The notes under the pieces: model-generated
Databases searched by the model: none
What the model was told of the DNA's origin: nothing
The model's input: only the letters and a program-made list of their open reading frames with translations
Source: Halarcobacter sp.
Lineage (GTDB): Bacteria > Campylobacterota > Campylobacteria > Campylobacterales > Arcobacteraceae
NCBI GenBank assembly: GCA_048571215.1
Contig: CP182352.1
Location: forward strand, 160,001 to 224,000
DNA length: 64,000 bases
Direction of reading: 5' to 3'
Part shown: piece after piece, positions 42,387 to 52,828 of the stretch
Layout of the letters: every line of letters starts with the position of its first letter
How positions within the stretch are numbered: position 1 is the stretch's first letter
Translations under genes and position numbers: made by a program

Positions 42387-43646
42387 TTATTTACTAAAAT
42401 GCGTTTCAAATTCATGTCTATATTTTTGCACGATACTTTTTATAATATCTTTTACAGCAGGTGCAAATACACAAACAGTTTTACCATTCATTGTTTCACA
42501 AACATCTAATATAGTTTGGATATCATCACTTGAACCTTCACCGTCTAGAATCTTCTTGATGATTTTATCAATCCATCCAGTTCCCTCTCTACACGGTGTA
42601 CACTGCCCACAAGATTCATGGTGATAAAACTCTATTAGGTTTTTTGCTACATCAACCATTGATACGCCTTCAGGGATAATCATCATCCCACCAGTACCTA
42701 AAGTAGAACCTATATCCCACATAGATTCATAATCTAGATATGCCTTTTCAACTTCTTCCGCAGTTAAAATAGGACACGAAGCCCCACCTGGAATAACAGC
42801 TTTAAGTTTTAAGCCCTCTTTCATCCCACCACCAATATCGTTGATAACATCAGTCATCTTTTCACCATATTGTAACTCATAAACTCCAGGATTTTTAACT
42901 GGTCCACTCATCGCAAATAGCATAGTTCCAGGAGCCTTTTCTGTACCATATTTAGTATATGATTCATATCCATTTAATACAATATTTGGAACAGATGAAA
43001 TAGTTTCAACATTATTAACTGTTGCTGGTTGGTCATAAAACCACTCACACTCTTTTCCATGTGGTTTTAATCTTGGGTGTCCACGTTTACCTTCAATAGA
43101 TTCAATAAGAGCAGATTTTTCTCCACAAATATAAGCTCCTCCTCCTCTATGTACTGTGATATCCATTCTAAAGTCATATTTATTCATAACTTTTGGACCA
43201 ATTATTCCAGCTTCATATGCTTCTTCAATAGCCTCATTTAATCTATCGATGAACCATTTGTATTCACCTCTAATATAAATATATGCATCATGGGCACCAA
43301 TTGCATATGAAGAGCATATAATTCCTTCAATAAGGATATGTGGATCATATTGAAAAATTTGTCTATCTTTAAATGTTCCTGGTTCTGATTCATCCCCATT
43401 TACAATTAAGTATCTAGGTCTATCATCAACTGGAGGCATAAGTTTCCATTTAGGTCCACAGGCAGCTCCACCACCACCTTTTCCTCTAAGACCACTTTTA
43501 CAAACCTCTTCAGTTACCTCTTCAGGTTTCATTGTAAAAAGTTTATCTATTGATTCATATCTTCCATTTTTAAGAGCAACTTCAAGTTTATGTGAATCGG
43601 GAATGTCAAAGTTTTTACTTACAATTTTTATTGGTTGAACAGACAT
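42387..43646 (-). CDS. nuoF: Complex I flavoprotein subunit F (divergent nucleotide-binding site)
   Basis: 'SGLRGKGG', 'NGDESEPGTFKDR', 'NNVET', N3 motif 'SCGQCTPCREG'. Confidence 0.93.
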   Translation of the reverse strand: MSVQPIKIVSKNFDIPDSHKLEVALKNGRYESIDKLFTMKPEEVTEEVCKSGLRGKGGGGAACGPKWKLMPPVDDRPRYLIVNGDESEPGTFKDRQIFQYDPHILIEGIICSSYAIGAHDAYIYIRGEYKWFIDRLNEAIEEAYEAGIIGPKVMNKYDFRMDITVHRGGGAYICGEKSALIESIEGKRGHPRLKPHGKECEWFYDQPATVNNVETISSVPNIVLNGYESYTKYGTEKAPGTMLFAMSGPVKNPGVYELQYGEKMTDVINDIGGGMKEGLKLKAVIPGGASCPILTAEEVEKAYLDYESMWDIGSTLGTGGMMIIPEGVSMVDVAKNLIEFYHHESCGQCTPCREGTGWIDKIIKKILDGEGSSDDIQTILDVCETMNGKTVCVFAPAVKDIIKSIVQKYRHEFETHFSK

Positions 43647-44122
43647 TACTTACACTCCTCAATGATTTTTTTTAACTTATCTACAGTTAAATTTTCATGA
43701 TATTTGTGGTTTAATGCAATCATTGGAGCGCCACCACAAGCACCTTGACACTCAACTTCACTTAGATGAAATTTACCATCTTCACTAGTTTCACCTGGGT
43801 TAATTCCTAAAGTATCTTTAATGAATTTTTTAAGTTCTGGTGCGCCCATTATCATACAAGATAGGGTTTTACATAACTCAATATGATATGTACCAATTGG
43901 TTTTAAGTTAAACATTGTATAAAATGTTGCAAACTCATAAACCTCAATTGGAGTTTTGTTAAGTCTATCTGCCACATAAATCATAGCATCTGGACTAACC
44001 CATCCCTCTTGCTCTTGAACTAGCCATAAAGCAGGAAGCATCATTGCATCAATTTTTGGATACTTTTTCGCTGTTTTTTGGAATTTTTCTTCGTTTTCTT
44101 TGGTATATTCAAATTTTGCCAT
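43646..44122 (-). CDS. nuoE: NADH-quinone oxidoreductase subunit E
   Basis: 'ATFYTMF', 'CKTLSC', 'ECQGAC'. Confidence 0.94.
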   Translation of the reverse strand: MAKFEYTKENEEKFQKTAKKYPKIDAMMLPALWLVQEQEGWVSPDAMIYVADRLNKTPIEVYEFATFYTMFNLKPIGTYHIELCKTLSCMIMGAPELKKFIKDTLGINPGETSEDGKFHLSEVECQGACGGAPMIALNHKYHENLTVDKLKKIIEECK

Positions 44123-45756
44123 TATCTATCAAACTCCCCTGCAATAAAGTTCATACTTGCCATTGTAACAACAGCATCTGCTAACATAATACCCTCTACA
44201 ATTTTTGCATAAGCACCTAAAGAGTAGAAACAAGGTGGTCTACATTTAACTTTGTATGGTGTACCACTTCCATCACTAACTGTATAAAAACCTAATTCCC
44301 CATTTCCACCTTCAGTTGCAGAATAAAATTCACCTTTTGGAACTTTAATACCTTCAAAAGTTAGTTTAAATTGGTTCATTAAACCTTCAATATTTCCATA
44401 TACATCTTTTTTATTTGGTAGTACAATTGCTGGATGGTCAACATTAATAGGACCATCTGGAAGCTCTTTCATTGCTTGTCTAATGATTTTCATAGATTGT
44501 CTCATCTCTTCAAATCTACACATTATTCTGTCATAAACATCACCATGTGAACCTACTACAATATCAAAATCAAAGTTTTCATAACCATAATATGGAGTAT
44601 CTTTTCTTAAATCAAAAGGAACACCTGCAGCTCTTAAGTTAGGACCTGTAATACCTGCATCTAAAGCAAATTGTGAATCAATAACACCCACATCTTGAGT
44701 TCTATCGTGGAAAATTCTATTATGCTCAACAAGTGACAATGAGTCTTCAATAGCTTTTTCAACATCTTTTAACACATCTTCTAAATCTTCAGCAAAGCCA
44801 TCATAAAGATCAAACTCTAAACCACCAATTCTTGTATAAGAGTTTGTAAGTCTAGCTCCTGTTAGTTTTGAAAATAAATCGTAAGCCTTATCTCTTGGTG
44901 CAAAGATGTACCAGAAGTTAGTTAAACCACCAAGGTCAACCATGTTTGCTGCATTACAAACAATATGGTCAGTGATTCTACTTAACTCTCCAATGATTAT
45001 TCTAATCATTTTTGCTCTAGGTGTAATATCAATCTCTAACATATCTTCAATAGCTTTTGCATAACCAATATTATTTAATATAGCTGAACAATAATTTAAT
45101 CTATCTGTATATGGAATGATTTGTGAGTAGGTATGGTTTTCACAAGATTTTTCAAAACCTCTGTGTAGGTATCCAATCTCTGTTACACATGCAGTGATAG
45201 TTTCACCTTCCATTGCAACAAAGTTTCTAATAGTACCATGTGAAGCTGGGTGAGAAGGACCAACATTAAGCATCATTAAATCTTCTAAATCACTTTCTTT
45301 GTAACCTTTAGATTTAAGTAATGGAATCATCTCATCCATTAAATCTTCAGTTTCTGTACATCTTTGACCTTTTGTTATCTCATAATCTTTTCTTAATGGA
45401 TGTCCTACAAATTGGTGATGATTTAAAACTCTTTTTAGATTTTTATGCCCTTTAAATCTAATACCGTACTGGTCAAATACTTCTCTTTCTCCCCAATCTG
45501 CTGCATGGTATAAATCAGAGATTGTATCAACTTCTAAAGTATTGTCATCAACATAAGCTTTAACCGTAGTATGCTTTTTGAAGTTACTAGTTCTTAAGAT
45601 ATAAATAACTGCAAATCTAGATGGAGTAACATCTGGAAATGTTGAATAATCAACAGCAGTTACATCTAATAAAATTGTGAAATCTTCATCATTTTTAAGT
45701 CGAGTAATTGTTGATTTAATATCTTTTGCATCAATTAACATATCTGGTTTAAGCAT
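44122..45756 (-). CDS. nuoCD: Fused NADH-quinone oxidoreductase subunit C/D
   Basis: C part '[12 protein letters not shown]', 'GHPLRKDY'; D part '[11 protein letters not shown]', 'GYLHRGFEK', ends 'GEFDR'. Confidence 0.95.
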   Translation of the reverse strand: MLKPDMLIDAKDIKSTITRLKNDEDFTILLDVTAVDYSTFPDVTPSRFAVIYILRTSNFKKHTTVKAYVDDNTLEVDTISDLYHAADWGEREVFDQYGIRFKGHKNLKRVLNHHQFVGHPLRKDYEITKGQRCTETEDLMDEMIPLLKSKGYKESDLEDLMMLNVGPSHPASHGTIRNFVAMEGETITACVTEIGYLHRGFEKSCENHTYSQIIPYTDRLNYCSAILNNIGYAKAIEDMLEIDITPRAKMIRIIIGELSRITDHIVCNAANMVDLGGLTNFWYIFAPRDKAYDLFSKLTGARLTNSYTRIGGLEFDLYDGFAEDLEDVLKDVEKAIEDSLSLVEHNRIFHDRTQDVGVIDSQFALDAGITGPNLRAAGVPFDLRKDTPYYGYENFDFDIVVGSHGDVYDRIMCRFEEMRQSMKIIRQAMKELPDGPINVDHPAIVLPNKKDVYGNIEGLMNQFKLTFEGIKVPKGEFYSATEGGNGELGFYTVSDGSGTPYKVKCRPPCFYSLGAYAKIVEGIMLADAVVTMASMNFIAGEFDR

Positions 45757-46264
45757 CTAAAAATCCTTTGAACTTTCTTTCTCTTTCTTTTATGATTGAT
45801 TCATCATAAGATTTTTCTTGGATTCTCATAATTGCATCTAGTACTGCTTCAGGTCTTGGGGGACAACCTGCAACATACTCGTCTACTGGGATGATTTCGT
45901 CAATCCCTTGTAAAGTTGTGTAGTTATCATAAAAACCACCAGAACATGCACATGCTCCCATAGAGATGACCCATTTAGGTTCACACATTTGATCCCAAAT
46001 TTTCTTTAATACAGGAGCTTGTTTATATGAAATAGTTCCTGCAACAATTAGTAAGTCCGCTTGTCTTGGGGAAAATCTTACTACCTCTGCTCCAAATCTT
46101 GATATATCATAACGAGCTGCTGCAACTGACATAAACTCAATACCACAACATGCAGTACCAAATGCCATTGGCCACATTGAGTATGATCTAGCCCAGTTAA
46201 TAGCTGTATCAAGTTTTGTTGTAACTATAGAGTCACCTAGGTTTGACTCTGCTCCTAATCCCAT
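45749..46264 (-). CDS. nuoB: NADH-quinone oxidoreductase subunit B
   Basis: 'GTACCGIE', 'SPRQADL', 'GCPPRPE'. Confidence 0.96.
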   Translation of the reverse strand: MGLGAESNLGDSIVTTKLDTAINWARSYSMWPMAFGTACCGIEFMSVAAARYDISRFGAEVVRFSPRQADLLIVAGTISYKQAPVLKKIWDQMCEPKWVISMGACACSGGFYDNYTTLQGIDEIIPVDEYVAGCPPRPEAVLDAIMRIQEKSYDESIIKERERKFKGFLDA

Positions 46265-46617
46265 GATAACGCCTTTTTCTTATACATATATATTAAGCCT
46301 GAAAAAAGAAGACCTATAAAGATAAACATCTTTATTAGACCTGCGAAGCCAAGTTCTGTAATATTGATTGCCCAAGGAAACATAAAAATGATTTCTACAT
46401 CAAATAGTAAGAAACCTATAGCTACTAAATAAAATTTTACAGAGAATCTGATGTTTGTATTTCCAATTGGATTTGATACACCACTCTCATAAACTGTGTT
46501 TTTTAACTTGTCTTCAGTATTATTTGGTCCAAGATACTTTGTTAATAAGAATACTCCTATTAACACAAAAGCAATTGCGACAAATATTACTGACGAAAGA
46601 ATTAGATGTGTTGACAT
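46255..46617 (-). CDS. nuoA: NADH-quinone oxidoreductase subunit A
   Basis: 'YESG', '[14 protein letters not shown]', 'ALSW'. Confidence 0.95.
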   Translation of the reverse strand: MSTHLILSSVIFVAIAFVLIGVFLLTKYLGPNNTEDKLKNTVYESGVSNPIGNTNIRFSVKFYLVAIGFLLFDVEIIFMFPWAINITELGFAGLIKMFIFIGLLFSGLIYMYKKKALSWD

Positions 46618-46746
46618 AATTCATCCCATATTTTAATGTTTGAAAAAATTGTACAATATTTTGAGTTACTATTTGGTCATATGTGAATTTAAATTATGAG
46701 ATAATTTCAATAGTGAGAAGAATGGTAATACTTAAAAAAAATCGCC

Positions 46747-47895
46747 TCAAAAATTTGTAACTATTTTACACAGTGCTTTTTCTAATTCCTCCTTTGGTAA
46801 GGCACAATTTAGCCTAAAAAAGCCCTTGCCTTCGGTGCCGAAACTTCGTCCATCATTTAAAGCTACTTTTGATTCTTTTAGTAGCTTTTGTTTAACTTTA
46901 TCATGAGAGATAGAATATTTTTTAAAGTTTAACCAAAGTAAATATGTTGCTTCTGGTTCAAAAAATTCGATTTTTGACTTACTGTTTTCTAGATAATCTT
47001 TAGTAAAAGTTATATTATTTTTAAGATAAACTAATAGTTCTTCAAGCCAAGGTTCACCCCATTCATAAGCTGCTTCAAGTGCAACATAACCAAATACATT
47101 TATAGAGTGTAACTCTCTTTTTTTCACTATTTTTTCAAATTTATCTAATATTTGTTTATTTCTTGAAATTGCATAAGCACAATTAAGTCCTGCAATATTA
47201 AATGATTTACCAGCTGAATTAAGAGTTAAAGTTATATTTGAAATATCTTCTGATATTGATGCAAGTGGGGTGAATTTTTTAAAAACTAAATCTGCATGAA
47301 TCTCATCACTTATTATTAGTATCTCATTTTTAATACAAATTTTTGCTAACTCTTCTAGTTCATTTTTATTCCATACTCTTCCAACAGGATTGTGTGGAGA
47401 GCACAGGGCTAAGATTTTTGTTTTTGGTGTGATTTTTGACTTTAAGTCTTCTAGGTCCATAGTGTAATAACCATTTTCCTCTTTTAAAGGGTTTGTAACT
47501 AGAGTTCTATTATTGGCTTTTATACTATTAAACAAGGGAAAATAAACAGGTGTTTGTACAATTATCTCATCCCCTTCATTGCTAAAGGCTTCTAAAGCAG
47601 CACTATATGCTGGTACCACACCATTTACAAAACTTATCCAAGAGCTATCAATATCCCATCCATGTCTTTTTTTCATCCAGTTTTGAATAAGTTCGTAGGT
47701 TTTATTTGTAGCTTTTGCATAGCCATATACTCCATGCTTAGCTCTTTTAATAATAGCTTCATTTACAAGGTCTGGAGTTTTGAAGTCCATATCTGCTACC
47801 CATAAAGGTTGTAAATCTGCATCAGCAAAGTAAGTATCTAGGGCATCGTATTTAACACAATTTGTATCTTTTCTTTTAATTATTTCATCAAACAT
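46747..47895 (-). CDS. MalY/PatB family PLP-dependent C-S lyase
   Basis: 'LWVADMDF', 'LCSPHNPVGRVW', 'SDEIHADL', 'KSFNIAGL'. Confidence 0.9.
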   Translation of the reverse strand: MFDEIIKRKDTNCVKYDALDTYFADADLQPLWVADMDFKTPDLVNEAIIKRAKHGVYGYAKATNKTYELIQNWMKKRHGWDIDSSWISFVNGVVPAYSAALEAFSNEGDEIIVQTPVYFPLFNSIKANNRTLVTNPLKEENGYYTMDLEDLKSKITPKTKILALCSPHNPVGRVWNKNELEELAKICIKNEILIISDEIHADLVFKKFTPLASISEDISNITLTLNSAGKSFNIAGLNCAYAISRNKQILDKFEKIVKKRELHSINVFGYVALEAAYEWGEPWLEELLVYLKNNITFTKDYLENSKSKIEFFEPEATYLLWLNFKKYSISHDKVKQKLLKESKVALNDGRSFGTEGKGFFRLNCALPKEELEKALCKIVTNF

Positions 47896-47980
47896 ATATA
47901 AAACCTCTACTATAAACTATTTTTTAATGATAAAATGATATAAGATTTATACTAATTATTTGTTTATTTTAGAGGAAAAT

Positions 47981-49795
47981 ATGGAAAAAGCAATAGAGCT
48001 ACTTAGAAAAAATGATTTATTAAAAGTGATTGATGATGAACTGGATATATACTTAGAGATACCGCATATTGCATATGTTGAAGTTAAAAAAGAGGATTCA
48101 AAAGCAATTTTATTTACAAATGTAGTTGATAAAAAAAACAATAAAAAATTTGATATTCCAGTATTGATGAATGTATTTTGTAATGAAAAAGCAGTTAAAC
48201 TTTTCATTGGAGATGGGGATAAAATCGGTTCAGAGATAGAAAGTTTACTTAAAATGAAACCACCTACAACATTTAGTGAAAAGCTTTCAACCTTTGGCAA
48301 ACTGTTTGCTTTAAAAAACACAATACCTAAAAAACTTAGTGGAAAGGGTGAGTGTCAAGAAGTGATAAAATTAGGTAAAGAAGCTAAGTTATCAGATTTA
48401 CCAATTCTTACAACTTGGGAACAAGATGGTGGACCATTTATAACAATGGGACAGGTTTATACTACCTCTTTAAATGGTGAGCTTAAAAATCTTGGTATGT
48501 ATAGGTTACAAGTGTATGATGATCATACTTTAGGTATGCATTGGCAAATACATAAAGACTCTAATCATTTTTTCCATGAATATAAAGAAGCTGGGAAAAA
48601 GATGCCAGTTTCAATTGGTATTGGTGGAGACCCAATGTATATTTGGTGTGGACAAGCTCCACTTCCTATTGGAATTTTTGAGCTTATGCTTTATGGCTTT
48701 GTAAAAAACAAAAATGCTAAACTGGTAAAAAGTATTACAAATGATATATATGTACCAAAAGATAATGATTTTATAATAGAAGGGTTTGTTGATACTTCTA
48801 AAATGAAAATAGAGGGACCTTTTGGGGATCATACTGGATATTATACTCTAGAAGAGGAGTATCCATTTTTAGAAGTAAGTGCAATAACTCACAAGAAAAA
48901 ACCTACTTACTTAGCCACTGTTGTCGGAAAACCACCTTTAGAAGATAAATATATGGGACATGCAACAGAAAGGATATTTTTGCCGCTTCTAAAAACTACA
49001 GCCCCAGATTTGATTGATTATTATATGCCAGAAAATGGAGTGTTTCATAATCTTATTTTAGCAAAAATCAAAACTCTTTATCCAGGACATGCACAACAAA
49101 TGATGCATGCTTTCTGGGGAGTAGGGCAGATGAGTTTTGTTAAACATGCAATTTTTGTTAATGAAGATGCACCCCAATTAAATAATCATGATGCTATAGC
49201 AAAACATATATTAAATCGTATAAATATAGAAGATATTCTAATCACAAAAGGTGTAGTTGATGCACTTGATCACTCAAGTCCAAAATTTGCAGTTGGTGGA
49301 AAACTTGGTCTTGATTGTACAGGTGATGAGATTAGTGATTTAGGAATTACTATTTTAAGTGATGAAGAGTTATTAGCTAAAATAAATTGTATTACAAATG
49401 AAGTAAAAATTTTAAAACAATATTATACTGATACAAAGAATCCAGTAACTGTTGTAACAGTTGACAAAAATAGAAATCAGAAACATCTTTTTGAGGATCT
49501 AAAAGCAGTTTATGAAAATATAAAAATATTAGTATTAGTTGATGCTGCAAATCAAAATGATGTAGAAAACATATATATGCTTATTTGGAGAGTTGTTAAT
49601 AATATAGATTCAAATAGAGATATTTATATAGATTCAAATACCATATGTTTAGATGGTACAAATAAAAACTCATTTGATAATTTTCAAAGAAGATGGCCTG
49701 ATGATGTAGACTGTACAAGAGAAGTACTTGATTCTTTGAAACAAAGAGGTATTTTAGATATAGATGATGAATTTATAAAAAAATATCAACTTTAG
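47981..49795 (+). CDS. UbiD-family decarboxylase (futalosine menaquinone pathway type)
   Basis: 'NLGMYRLQ', 'EGPFGDHTGYY', 'VGKPPLED', 'DALDHS'. ATG follows GAGGA. Confidence 0.88.
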   Translation: MEKAIELLRKNDLLKVIDDELDIYLEIPHIAYVEVKKEDSKAILFTNVVDKKNNKKFDIPVLMNVFCNEKAVKLFIGDGDKIGSEIESLLKMKPPTTFSEKLSTFGKLFALKNTIPKKLSGKGECQEVIKLGKEAKLSDLPILTTWEQDGGPFITMGQVYTTSLNGELKNLGMYRLQVYDDHTLGMHWQIHKDSNHFFHEYKEAGKKMPVSIGIGGDPMYIWCGQAPLPIGIFELMLYGFVKNKNAKLVKSITNDIYVPKDNDFIIEGFVDTSKMKIEGPFGDHTGYYTLEEEYPFLEVSAITHKKKPTYLATVVGKPPLEDKYMGHATERIFLPLLKTTAPDLIDYYMPENGVFHNLILAKIKTLYPGHAQQMMHAFWGVGQMSFVKHAIFVNEDAPQLNNHDAIAKHILNRINIEDILITKGVVDALDHSSPKFAVGGKLGLDCTGDEISDLGITILSDEELLAKINCITNEVKILKQYYTDTKNPVTVVTVDKNRNQKHLFEDLKAVYENIKILVLVDAANQNDVENIYMLIWRVVNNIDSNRDIYIDSNTICLDGTNKNSFDNFQRRWPDDVDCTREVLDSLKQRGILDIDDEFIKKYQL

Positions 49796-49804
49796 TAAAA
49801 GTAG

Positions 49805-52078
49805 TTAAACTACTTTTACTTCATTTTTCCCACTTCTTTTCACCTCATACATTGCATTATCAACTCTTGTAATTAAAGTATCAGAGTTATCATTCTCTTC
49901 AAATTGAGATACTCCAAAACTACAGGTTATTTTTCTATCAATTTTAAAATCAAAATTTATAATCTTATCTCTTAGATTATAAGCTAACTCTTGTGCATCT
50001 TTTTTATTTGTTTCTGGTAAAACTATTACAAACTCTTCTCCACCCCATCTTCCTAGATAATCAGTTTTTCTTATATGTTTTGAAATTAGTTTACAGAGTT
50101 TTATTAAAACTTCATCACCAATCTTATGACCTAATTGGTCATTGATAAGTTTAAAATCATCAATATCAAAGAAGATAACTGATAAGTCTCTTTTGTATCT
50201 TTTAGACCTTTCTAACTCAAAGTTATATAAAGACTCAATTTTTCTTCTATTATTGATATTTGTTAGTACATCAATATTGACAATTTCATGTAATTCCTTT
50301 TCTATCTCTTTTCTTTTTTTAATCTCATTTTTTAATTTTCTATTTGTGATTACAATTATTAAAATAATAATAACAAGTGGCATTACAACTTTGTAAACCC
50401 ATGAATAGTCAACTGATGTTTGATATATTACGGAGTAGTATTTATTGTTTATATCTGAAATCTCTTCATGACTAATACTAGTAATCACTTTATTTAAAAT
50501 ATTTAATAACAAAGGATTTTTTTTGTTAACTAATAGTCTGATTTTAAATGGTTTGCCAATTGTTCCAGAGATTTTTATATTTGTTAGTCCACCTTGAGTA
50601 ATATCGTAAGACAAGGCAGGAAGTTTATCAATTGAGGCATAAATTTTTCCTTCAGTTAAAAGCTTTAGACCCTCTTTTATATTTAAAACTTCAATGAAAT
50701 TAATATTTGGAAACTCTTTTTTTAATTTATTGTAGTAAGTACTATATTTATTAATTGCAACCTTTTTGCCTGCTAATTCATCTATAGAACTAATAAAAGG
50801 TTTATTATTTAAAGTTGCAATTGCAATTTTTATTTTTGAAATAGTTTCTGTGATATAGAGTTTATCATTGTAGTCATAATCTGAGTAGGCAAATTTTATT
50901 TTATTTGGTGAATTTTTTATTTTTTCTATTAAAACTTTGTTTTTATTTTCAATCTCAAAATTTGCTTCTAGTTTTAACTTTTTATTTATAAGTCTCCAAA
51001 AGTCAATTTCAATACCTTTAATCTTATTGTTTATAGTCATTGTAAAAGGTGGAAAATTAGTATTGGTAAGTAATGAAAATTTATTTTTTTGTAAAAATCT
51101 TTTTTCCTCTTTTGTTAAATTGATTTTATTTGGATTATATATTATCTCATTTAAATCAAAATCAATATGATTGTTAGTTAATCCTAATAAAAGATAGAGT
51201 CTTTTAATCTCTTCAATCTTATTTATGTTTAAATTACCTAACATCCCTTCATCAAATTTAGCAAGTTTTTTAAGCACTTCCCCTTCATAAATCAAAGAAT
51301 CTAGGCTTTTATTTTGTGTATTGTATTTCTCATAAATTATTTTTGCTGTTTCTTCAATATTTTTAAAGGCATACTCCCAACCTTTTAAAGTGGCATTGTA
51401 CATCTTTTTTACTCTAATGGGATTTTCAAATAACTCTTTTTCTGAGGTAAAAAATATACCCCCATAAAAATCAAAACCATAATCACTAGGATTGTATATA
51501 TTAAAATCTATATTTTTTTCTTTTAAAATATATGGTTCATTTGAAAGGTAACAACCCATCATATCAGTTTTACCATTTATTAAATCTTCAAGTTTAAATG
51601 AGTGGGTGATAAAATTTATTTGATTGAGTTTAACTCCTTGTGAAATTATCATTGAGTTAATAGATGCAGTTGATCTAGCATCAGATGTAAGCATAATTTT
51701 TTTATTTATTAAATCTTTAAGTGTTTTTATATTTGATTTTTTTAGTGATAATAATACCATTGGAGAGTTTTGGTAAATTGCAGCTAACAATATTACTTTT
51801 TTATCTTCCATCCTATCTATAATAAGTGAAGATTTGCCTACTGCATAGCTTGATTTCTTATTTAGAACATCTTTAATTAAATTAACATTAGAATCAAACT
51901 CTTTTATCTCAACATCAAGATTTTCTTCTTTGTAAAACCCTTTTTCTTTGGCTATATAATAACCAGCAAATTGGAATTGATGTAGCCAATCTAATTGTAT
52001 TGATACTTTTTCTAAATTTTTTGCATTTAAAGATATAACAATAAAAAAAATAAAAAATAAAAACTTTAAAAATTTCAT
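49805..52078 (-). CDS. Diguanylate cyclase with NMT1/THI5-like and PBP periplasmic domains
   Basis: 'QLDWLHQFQFAGYYIAKEKGFY', TM, 'DIDDFKLIND..GH..GD', 'RWGGEEF'. Confidence 0.9.
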   Translation of the reverse strand: MKFLKFLFFIFFIVISLNAKNLEKVSIQLDWLHQFQFAGYYIAKEKGFYKEENLDVEIKEFDSNVNLIKDVLNKKSSYAVGKSSLIIDRMEDKKVILLAAIYQNSPMVLLSLKKSNIKTLKDLINKKIMLTSDARSTASINSMIISQGVKLNQINFITHSFKLEDLINGKTDMMGCYLSNEPYILKEKNIDFNIYNPSDYGFDFYGGIFFTSEKELFENPIRVKKMYNATLKGWEYAFKNIEETAKIIYEKYNTQNKSLDSLIYEGEVLKKLAKFDEGMLGNLNINKIEEIKRLYLLLGLTNNHIDFDLNEIIYNPNKINLTKEEKRFLQKNKFSLLTNTNFPPFTMTINNKIKGIEIDFWRLINKKLKLEANFEIENKNKVLIEKIKNSPNKIKFAYSDYDYNDKLYITETISKIKIAIATLNNKPFISSIDELAGKKVAINKYSTYYNKLKKEFPNINFIEVLNIKEGLKLLTEGKIYASIDKLPALSYDITQGGLTNIKISGTIGKPFKIRLLVNKKNPLLLNILNKVITSISHEEISDINNKYYSVIYQTSVDYSWVYKVVMPLVIIILIIVITNRKLKNEIKKRKEIEKELHEIVNIDVLTNINNRRKIESLYNFELERSKRYKRDLSVIFFDIDDFKLINDQLGHKIGDEVLIKLCKLISKHIRKTDYLGRWGGEEFVIVLPETNKKDAQELAYNLRDKIINFDFKIDRKITCSFGVSQFEENDNSDTLITRVDNAMYEVKRSGKNEVKVV

Positions 52079-52258
52079 ATAAAATTATATCTTAATATTG
52101 ATAAATATACCTAAAAAGCTTTAAATAAAATAAGTAACATAATTATATAATAGTTTTAATTATTCATTAACAATCTTCTGTTTAAAGTACTATCCATAAT
52201 CTAAATGATATAATCTTTTTTCATAAAATGTAGTTTTAAATTAGAGGATAAAAATAAT

Positions 52259-52828
52259 ATGATATTAATGATTGATAATTATGACTCTTTTACTTATAAC
52301 ATAGTTCAGTATTGCTTAGAATTAGGAGCAGATTTGAAGGTTATAAGAAATGATGAATTAACAATTAAAGAAATAGAAGAGCTAAATCCAGAAAAGATAA
52401 TAATCTCTCCTGGACCTGCTACTCCAGATGATGCTGGAATATGTTTAGAGCTTATTGAATACTTTGCAGACAAAAAACCAATATTTGGAATTTGTTTAGG
52501 ACATCAAAGTATTGCTCAAGTGTTTGGTGCAAATGTGATAAGAGCTGATAATATGATGCATGGTAAAACATCTAAAATAAAAGTTGTATTTGATACTATT
52601 CTTTTTAATGGTATACCAAAAGAGTTTACCCAAACTAGATATCACTCTTTAATTGTACAAAAAGATAATTTGCCTGATTGTATAATCCCTACCTCTTATA
52701 GTACCGATGATGGTGAGATTATGTCTTTGCAAATAAAAGGTAAGAAGGTTTATGGGGTACAGTTTCATCCTGAATCTATTATGAGTGAGCATGGATTCAC
52801 AATAATTAACAATTTTCTAAAACTATGA
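52259..52828 (+). CDS. Aminodeoxychorismate/anthranilate synthase component II (PabA/TrpG)
   Basis: 'IDNYDSFTYN', 'SPGP', 'GICLGHQ', 'QFHPES'. Confidence 0.93.
   Translation: MILMIDNYDSFTYNIVQYCLELGADLKVIRNDELTIKEIEELNPEKIIISPGPATPDDAGICLELIEYFADKKPIFGICLGHQSIAQVFGANVIRADNMMHGKTSKIKVVFDTILFNGIPKEFTQTRYHSLIVQKDNLPDCIIPTSYSTDDGEIMSLQIKGKKVYGVQFHPESIMSEHGFTIINNFLKL

Noticed and set aside
3710..51170. Short opposite-strand or alternate-frame ORFs in the track (e.g. 3710, 5898, 9088, 12815, 25927, 29852, 40307, 47956)
   Set aside because: All overlap well-supported genes, lack recognisable motifs and are typical shadow ORFs. The 47956 and 29852 translations also appear to carry the wrong strand label.
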